Virus record (IMG/VR): IMGVR_UViG_3300036770_003728
Span: 12,244-76,243 of that record
From: a virus
Strand: one strand, 5' to 3'
DNA: 64,000 nucleotides
A program made the translations under genes and the position numbers. Below are positions 58,511 through 64,000 of the stretch, piece after piece. The notes beneath the pieces were generated by a model. The model searched no databases and had not been told where the DNA came from. It saw only the letters and a program-made list of their open reading frames with translations. Within the stretch, counting starts at the first letter, position 1. Every line of letters starts with the position of its first letter.

Positions 58511-59148
58511 TAAACACTACTCCCGACCCAGGCTCCGTATAAAGTAGTATTGATCTTCCAAACTACCACAGTGTCACTGCCAGTTAATAGCGGAGTGACA
58601 TTGCCTAGTTGACCTACCCAAATTATGTTAGGCCAATATAGTTGATGTGTGTTGGCACCGGTGATCATTAATATTATACTAGTGCCACTTTGTAGATTAT
58701 CAGTCAGGAATGTGGCCGCAGTCAAGGTTAATATCTGTATGGTGCCATTGAATGGATCAAGCACACCGTCAGTTAATGTGTGTACTTGATATTTCACAGT
58801 GCGATTCAGTGTGGTTTCTTCTAGGATTTTGGCACTAACAGTTTGTGTACCACTGGTTCTTACCACAGTACTGTCAACTGCAACAGCACCATTAACAATA
58901 CCAATTCCTGATCCTGCTGTAAATGCACTGCGTATTTCTGCGGTACTGGCACCTGCAAATGTAAAAATTCCTGTACTAGGGTCGTAGGCCAAACTACCTG
59001 CCCCTCCAGTGTCATTCACGCTGATACTGTTTAGCGCGGTCAGTGGGGCTAAGGCTAGGTTCCAAGCGTTGCCGTCCCAAACATAGGTACGTGTACCAAC
59101 TTGGTAAACTTCATTTATACTAGGTGAATTGGGAAAGTCTAAGGCCAT
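58510..59148 (-). CDS. Tail-fibre-associated protein
   Basis: MALDFPNSP...YVWDGNAW N-terminal module. Confidence 0.7.
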   Translation of the reverse strand: MALDFPNSPSINEVYQVGTRTYVWDGNAWNLALAPLTALNSISVNDTGGAGSLAYDPSTGIFTFAGASTAEIRSAFTAGSGIGIVNGAVAVDSTVVRTSGTQTVSAKILEETTLNRTVKYQVHTLTDGVLDPFNGTIQILTLTAATFLTDNLQSGTSIILMITGANTHQLYWPNIIWVGQLGNVTPLLTGSDTVVVWKINTTLYGAWVGSSV

Positions 59149-59150
59149 GA

Positions 59151-59846
59151 TTATGAGAATGTGTATACAGTTTGCCAACTACCATTATAGTATATCTCAA
59201 AGGTATTGGTTGTGGTATTTACACGCATACTACCGTTAACTGCTTGTGGTATGCGCTGTGAAGTAGTTCCTGAGGGCACGGTTAGGTGTCCTGTGCTTTG
59301 ATTGCTTTGATTACTGATTGCAGTGACCGAACTTGGCCCAGTTGCTCCCGGTGGGCCTGTCAAACCAGGTGTACCAGTGGCTCCTGGCACTCCGGTGGCT
59401 CCAGTAGCACCTGTAGCACCAGCGCCGGTGGCACCTTGCGGACCAGTGGCCCCTGTAGCGCCACCTGAATCTCCACGTGGACCAGTGGCTCCTTGCGGAC
59501 CAGTGCTTCCAGTGGCACCCCCAGGATCTCCTGCAGGTCCAGCTAGACCCGTAGGTCCAGTGGCACCAGTGCTGCCAATCTGTCCAGTACCAATTTCGAC
59601 CCATTGGCGGCTGTTGCCATCGTCTAAATAAAAATATTGTTTACCAGTATCAGTATCAATCCAAACATTAACACGCTCAGGACTTAGTACCACATTAGGT
59701 GGTATGGCACTGAGGTAGATCATACCACCAATGCCTACTGCGGTGCTGCCTATCTTGGTCCAAGAATCGTCTGTGCTGTCATATTGGTAAACAGTATCGT
59801 TGACGATCACTGTTTGATTGTTAACTGGATTTGAGGGGAATGTCAT
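59151..59846 (-). CDS. Collagen-like fibre protein
   Basis: Interrupted G-X-Y repeats (GAT/GPT/GPQ) at about 59335-59585. Confidence 0.85.
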   Translation of the reverse strand: MTFPSNPVNNQTVIVNDTVYQYDSTDDSWTKIGSTAVGIGGMIYLSAIPPNVVLSPERVNVWIDTDTGKQYFYLDDGNSRQWVEIGTGQIGSTGATGPTGLAGPAGDPGGATGSTGPQGATGPRGDSGGATGATGPQGATGAGATGATGATGVPGATGTPGLTGPPGATGPSSVTAISNQSNQSTGHLTVPSGTTSQRIPQAVNGSMRVNTTTNTFEIYYNGSWQTVYTFS

Positions 59847-59847
59847 A

Positions 59848-61338
59848 TTATCTCACCATTATCCACCAAAGACCCATAATGCCAACCTCAACTGCTTGAA
59901 AGTATGGAGTCGCTCCAGCAGTGTTAAAATTACCAAAAGCAATTGCTCCTGACAGGCTATCATTTTGAGCCAAGGTAACTGCTCCGTTATTAATATTTAT
60001 TAAGCCACCTGGCCCTCCAGGATTGTAATTTGATGCTCCGCCCCCATATCGCACACGCATCTGAGTTATGCCCGAACTAGGACCATTCCAGGAATTCATC
60101 GAAATAGTTCCGTTAGTGCTAGCACTGTAAAAAAATGAATAGGGGCCTTGATAAGTAGAGCCACTGTAAGTATATCCTAAATTATCAGTAGTTCCATCGT
60201 GATAGCTGGTATAATTTGTTGAATATCCAAAATTCGTTATGTTAGTATTTGTTAATCCATTTCCGTAAATAGCAGGAAAATTAGTAGAGTTAGCAAATTC
60301 GTTAATTGATGAGAATGATGTATACAACATCCAGCCACCACCATCATCTGCCATATTACAATATATTTCTCTGGCTACTCCATTGATTCTTACCCAATAC
60401 TTACCATTTGTAGTAGTACTAGTCAATAACTTAATTGCCGAGGCCGAACTTCCTGCTCTTGCAGAAGTTGAACCGTCGGCCCATTGTCTTATAATATTAA
60501 AAGATCTTGTTGATTGATTTCCGGCATTATCAGTGGCAGTGATGTCAAAATTTGAAGTCACACTGGATGCACCTGGATTTGGTATGTTTCCAGTTATATT
60601 GCCAAATAACAAACTTAAATTTGCACCAGTAGGTAAGCTACCGCTAGTTAAACTGTAAGAAATCGTTGCATTTGCGTCTGGGTCTATCGCTAATACTGAC
60701 ACATTATAATTTGCATCAGTCGGAAACACATAGGTAGCAATGGTTCCACTAGTAGTTGACCAAGTTGGAGTGCCTCCACAATCAATGCAGTCTATTCTAG
60801 TTACTTGTCCACTTGCTTGAACTACTTTTACATCCAGTGGTTCCTGCGCTACCGTAAAATCTTGCGGAGTTCTTGCCCTCAGAGTGGCACTATCAACAAA
60901 TATTACTGTGGAAGCAATATACTCTGTACCTGCATTATCAACAAATTTAACTGTGGCATCTGATGTAAAATTAGCACCAATTATAGTAAATTCTGTGTTT
61001 GCTTCGCCATTGTAGGTAGCAGGCGTCACAGAACCTATACTCGGCGGTTGTTCTCCAAAACTACCCCAACCTACGCTAGTGTATACCTCGGCGAATCCTG
61101 TAGTACTGTTGTATCTTATCATACCGGTGTCAGGAGTTTCAGGACGCTGCTGAGTATTGCCACTGGGTAAATCAAAGTAACCTGTGCTAGTGCTGGCTAC
61201 ATCATAGACTGCACCAGAGCCACCTCCAATTGCACTAGGTGATTGAACTTGCCAACGATTGCCAGTCCACGACCAAGTAACACCTGCATAAGTGTAAGTT
61301 TCGTTTATTGTGGGCGTAGTGGGAAAGTTTGCTGGCAT
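59848..61338 (-). CDS. Fibre/adhesin with IPT/Ig-like and fibrinogen-like domains
   Basis: SIGSVTP...TIIGANF (IPT); [11 protein letters not shown] (Ig-like); GKYW...YCNM..DGGGWML (fibrinogen-like). Confidence 0.75.
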   Translation of the reverse strand: MPANFPTTPTINETYTYAGVTWSWTGNRWQVQSPSAIGGGSGAVYDVASTSTGYFDLPSGNTQQRPETPDTGMIRYNSTTGFAEVYTSVGWGSFGEQPPSIGSVTPATYNGEANTEFTIIGANFTSDATVKFVDNAGTEYIASTVIFVDSATLRARTPQDFTVAQEPLDVKVVQASGQVTRIDCIDCGGTPTWSTTSGTIATYVFPTDANYNVSVLAIDPDANATISYSLTSGSLPTGANLSLLFGNITGNIPNPGASSVTSNFDITATDNAGNQSTRSFNIIRQWADGSTSARAGSSASAIKLLTSTTTNGKYWVRINGVAREIYCNMADDGGGWMLYTSFSSINEFANSTNFPAIYGNGLTNTNITNFGYSTNYTSYHDGTTDNLGYTYSGSTYQGPYSFFYSASTNGTISMNSWNGPSSGITQMRVRYGGGASNYNPGGPGGLININNGAVTLAQNDSLSGAIAFGNFNTAGATPYFQAVEVGIMGLWWIMVR

Positions 61339-61344
61339 TTTTAT

Positions 61345-62781
61345 TTACGCTATCAAGTATCTAATAATAACAATACCAGAGCCGCCGGATCCACCTGAAA
61401 TACCGCCTCCACCTCCACCACCAGTATTGGTAGTACCAGATAATCCTGCAGTACCATTGTTACCACCGCGGCCACCTCCACCGTTTCCGCCCGATGCAAA
61501 TGCACCGCTGTAACTGCTTCCGCCACCACCACCGGCATAAAACACACTGCCACTAGATATATTAGAACTGGAGCCTACGCCGCCGATACCACCCCCATTG
61601 GATACTCCATTACCACCTACACCGCCAGCACCACCACCTCCACCTCCACCGTCGGCGGTATTTTGAAAGTATCCCGAACCGCCGTTATTGCCCTGACTTG
61701 GTGTCACAGACGGCGTATTACCAAGTCCAACACTCGAGCTTCCACCTGAACCACCGCCGGCAGCTCCACCACCTGAACCACCATCGAGACCTTTTGACCC
61801 AACTCCTTGACTTTGGCCGCCACCGCCACCTGCCGAACTAATATTTGCAAAGGTAGAAGCACTGCCTGATGAAGCTGCTGCTCCTCCGGCGCCAATTGTA
61901 ACTAAATAACTGGTTGAAGTAGTTAAAGTAGTTGATGTGCCTGTTCTAAGGCCACCAGCACCTCCACCAGCTCCACCATTACCATTTCCACCGCCACCAC
62001 CGCCACCAACAATTAAATATTCATAGTTGCCAGTAGGAACGAAAGTACTGGTAACGAAATTTTCAGTGCCAGTAAATGTGTGTATTCTATAAGTACCTGA
62101 TATTAAGATATTTCCACCTGTAGGCATACCCACCACCGACAAAGCGTATGAATTTGTTACTCTACCATCTGAGGTAATTACAAAAAAGTATCCAGAAGTA
62201 CCAGTGCTTAAATTATAAATATTAGCAGGTACAGCAACCGACACTGATGAACCATTCCCGGTTGGTGTGGCCGAAACATCTGCTGTAGTAGTACCGAACA
62301 CAAATCTTACTATTACAGCCCCAGATCCAAAACTTGTCCCTAATATCGTTAAAGTTGTTGGTGTACTTGTGTATATTCCACCTGAAATACTAATGATGGT
62401 TGGAGTCGACCCAGTAGACGATTGTTTAATACCTCCGTTAACATCAAAAGTACCGTCCGGAGTCCAAGTTTCTCCTGAACCTAATGTTACCCTTTGAACT
62501 ATTCTTTGTGTACCATTATTATCAATTTTAATGTTAATAGTAACTGGTGCTGTATCTTTATTATAAATTCTAGTAAATTTAATGTAACGTTGTGTTCCTG
62601 AACCAGGCGCTGATGTTAATATTACATCAGTATTTCCATTAAATGACCCGTCGTTGCTGCCACCTACAAATGTTGTTCCATTACTATCAGCCCAGGCCGT
62701 GGTAAAATCTGGATTTACTGTAGTCACTGCTGCCGATAAATTAGCCTTCAATGATTTCGTTGTTGTATCTAATATAAACAT
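61345..62781 (-). CDS. Glycine-rich virion protein
   Basis: YRIHTFT, EYLIVGGGGGGG and GGSGIVIIRY. Confidence 0.8.
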   Translation of the reverse strand: MFILDTTTKSLKANLSAAVTTVNPDFTTAWADSNGTTFVGGSNDGSFNGNTDVILTSAPGSGTQRYIKFTRIYNKDTAPVTINIKIDNNGTQRIVQRVTLGSGETWTPDGTFDVNGGIKQSSTGSTPTIISISGGIYTSTPTTLTILGTSFGSGAVIVRFVFGTTTADVSATPTGNGSSVSVAVPANIYNLSTGTSGYFFVITSDGRVTNSYALSVVGMPTGGNILISGTYRIHTFTGTENFVTSTFVPTGNYEYLIVGGGGGGGNGNGGAGGGAGGLRTGTSTTLTTSTSYLVTIGAGGAAASSGSASTFANISSAGGGGGQSQGVGSKGLDGGSGGGAAGGGSGGSSSVGLGNTPSVTPSQGNNGGSGYFQNTADGGGGGGGAGGVGGNGVSNGGGIGGVGSSSNISSGSVFYAGGGGGSSYSGAFASGGNGGGGRGGNNGTAGLSGTTNTGGGGGGGISGGSGGSGIVIIRYLIA

Positions 62782-62791
62782 TTAATTGTCC

Positions 62792-63250
62792 TTAGCTCAT
62801 ATACCAAGAAAATATACTACTTCCACCACTAGCAGCATTTCCAGAAGGACCCGGAATTCCAGCCGGACCAGTGGCTCCCACGATGCCACCATCTCCGGCA
62901 GGCTCGATCCAAATTCCTGTGCTGCCTAAATCAGCGAATACGAATTCTTTAAGGCTTTCTGATTCTAACCAACGATCCCCGGGCGCAGGTGCCACAGGAG
63001 CTGTATTACCGTAGGTAAAATTATACGAACTGACTGTACCGCCACTGGCAGCAGTGATATTCACCGTGACATTGCCACCTACAGCACTGGCAGCAACTGT
63101 ATTGCCTACAAAGTTAACACTAGTAGCACTTTGTGCAATTAAATTACCTTCATCGTAGACAGCAATATTAGCCGCGACAGCACCAGCAGCGATCTGCTCA
63201 ACAGTAATAGTGCCTGCTTGTATAGCTGTGCCGCGGAGTTTTCTAACCAT
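62792..63250 (-). CDS. Fibre-associated protein with short collagen segment
   Basis: Start at ATG 63250 below TAAATA; PGDRW and GATGPAGIPGPSG. Confidence 0.7.
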   Translation of the reverse strand: MVRKLRGTAIQAGTITVEQIAAGAVAANIAVYDEGNLIAQSATSVNFVGNTVAASAVGGNVTVNITAASGGTVSSYNFTYGNTAPVAPAPGDRWLESESLKEFVFADLGSTGIWIEPAGDGGIVGATGPAGIPGPSGNAASGGSSIFSWYMS

Positions 63251-63261
63251 TTTATATTTAT

Positions 63262-63837
63262 TTAATAAACCCAACTAACAAAACTGAACCTAGTCCCTTC
63301 TGTGATTGTTGTTACTTCATGTGGGTACATAAAATTGCTAGGAAACACAATTACGTCGCCTACGCTAAGATTAACAGTTTCTCCGCATAACTTAAACTCC
63401 CCACCCTGAAAATCATCGTTTAATAAACCTAGTACAGTGAGAGTGGGAATTCCTCGTCGTTTGCCATCAAACAGTGTTTGAATATGGTCGCAGTGTAATT
63501 TCATATTAGTTCCTGCTTCATATTTGTTGAATCTGATTTCACTGGCTTCATTCCATGCCGTAAACCATGACATACCCAATTCGCTTATGTACTGGTTAAT
63601 GGGTTCTACTAGCCGTTTTTGCATTAGAGTTTTGTACGGATTAGGTGTGTACGTAATACTAAGATCGTCGTCGTAGCTGTTGTGCTGGTTCGTTATATAA
63701 TCATAGTACGTATGTTTAGACCAACTGCTATTAGTAATAGAATTTACTGTATTCTGACAGAATTCCCTATCTAGGAATTTATAAAATTTCACATAGTCGG
63801 AAATATTTTTTAACCTATTAGGAAAGTGAGTTGTCAT
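63262..63837 (-). CDS. 2OG-Fe(II) oxygenase (prolyl-4-hydroxylase-like)
   Basis: HCD...LNDDFQGGE...FPSNFMYPHEV...GTRFS; start at ATG 63837 with AGGA SD. Confidence 0.88.
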   Translation of the reverse strand: MTTHFPNRLKNISDYVKFYKFLDREFCQNTVNSITNSSWSKHTYYDYITNQHNSYDDDLSITYTPNPYKTLMQKRLVEPINQYISELGMSWFTAWNEASEIRFNKYEAGTNMKLHCDHIQTLFDGKRRGIPTLTVLGLLNDDFQGGEFKLCGETVNLSVGDVIVFPSNFMYPHEVTTITEGTRFSFVSWVY

Positions 63838-63868
63838 CGATATCCTATCGTAAAGGGCGCTATACTGA

Positions 63869-64000
63869 CTAGGCAGGTGGCACAGGCCACGAATGAGTAT
63901 AAGGAAAACCATCTGCCAGTGGCAGGTCACGTAGTTGTTGTCTATACTGTGCCCAAGGCAGACTAATCGAGTCTGGAATATCTTTGCCTTGTGTCCAGTC
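63869..64000 (-). CDS. Partial tail fibre assembly chaperone; not in the ORF track
   Basis: Manual translation DWTQGKD...WAQYRQQLRDLP...WP.PP then stop. Confidence 0.8.
   Translation of the reverse strand, partial: DWTQGKDIPDSISLPWAQYRQQLRDLPLADGFPYTHSWPVPPA

Noticed and set aside
59286-59631. Alternative-frame ORFs over the collagen region
   Set aside because: By-products of the G-X-Y codon periodicity.
1-64000. Stop-codon reassignment as seen in some large phages
   Set aside because: Core genes are full length in the standard code, and TAA, TAG and TGA all serve as stops.

Overview
Fragment of a large lytic T4-like myovirus (Caudoviricetes), almost all on the minus strand, read in the standard genetic code. 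No rRNA, tRNA, CRISPR array or integrase was seen. Layout from left to right: a Pol-beta-type nucleotidyltransferase next to a KxDG ligase-like gene; gp41-like helicase and gp61-like primase; a 1964-aa fibre; an operon with UvsW, a possible clamp-loader subunit, a zinc-finger protein and a 191-aa 'mini-DnaE'; an early region of small genes behind consensus sigma70 promoters; a 9-gene sugar-modification cluster; a GIY-YIG homing endonuclease; uvsY/uvsX/gp32; terminase, head-completion, tail tube, sheath and neck genes; a NUDIX hydrolase; and a modular fibre cluster ending in a 2OG-Fe(II) oxygenase. Most notable observations: (1) a DnaE-type catalytic core reduced to 191 aa that keeps all three catalytic Asp; (2) about 14 promoters lying 4-9 nt from an ATG, implying pervasive leaderless mRNAs; (3) a three-copy AATACCC-N12-GGGT operator straddling the -35 boxes of early promoters; (4) a 13-bp hairpin containing both a late promoter and the Shine-Dalgarno (SD) of the neck gene; (5) proteins, including the two enzymes at the left end, with N-termini resembling the T4 capsid-targeting sequence; (6) an unannotated, very acidic 57-aa early protein. 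All family assignments come from motif recognition by eye; no database searches were run.
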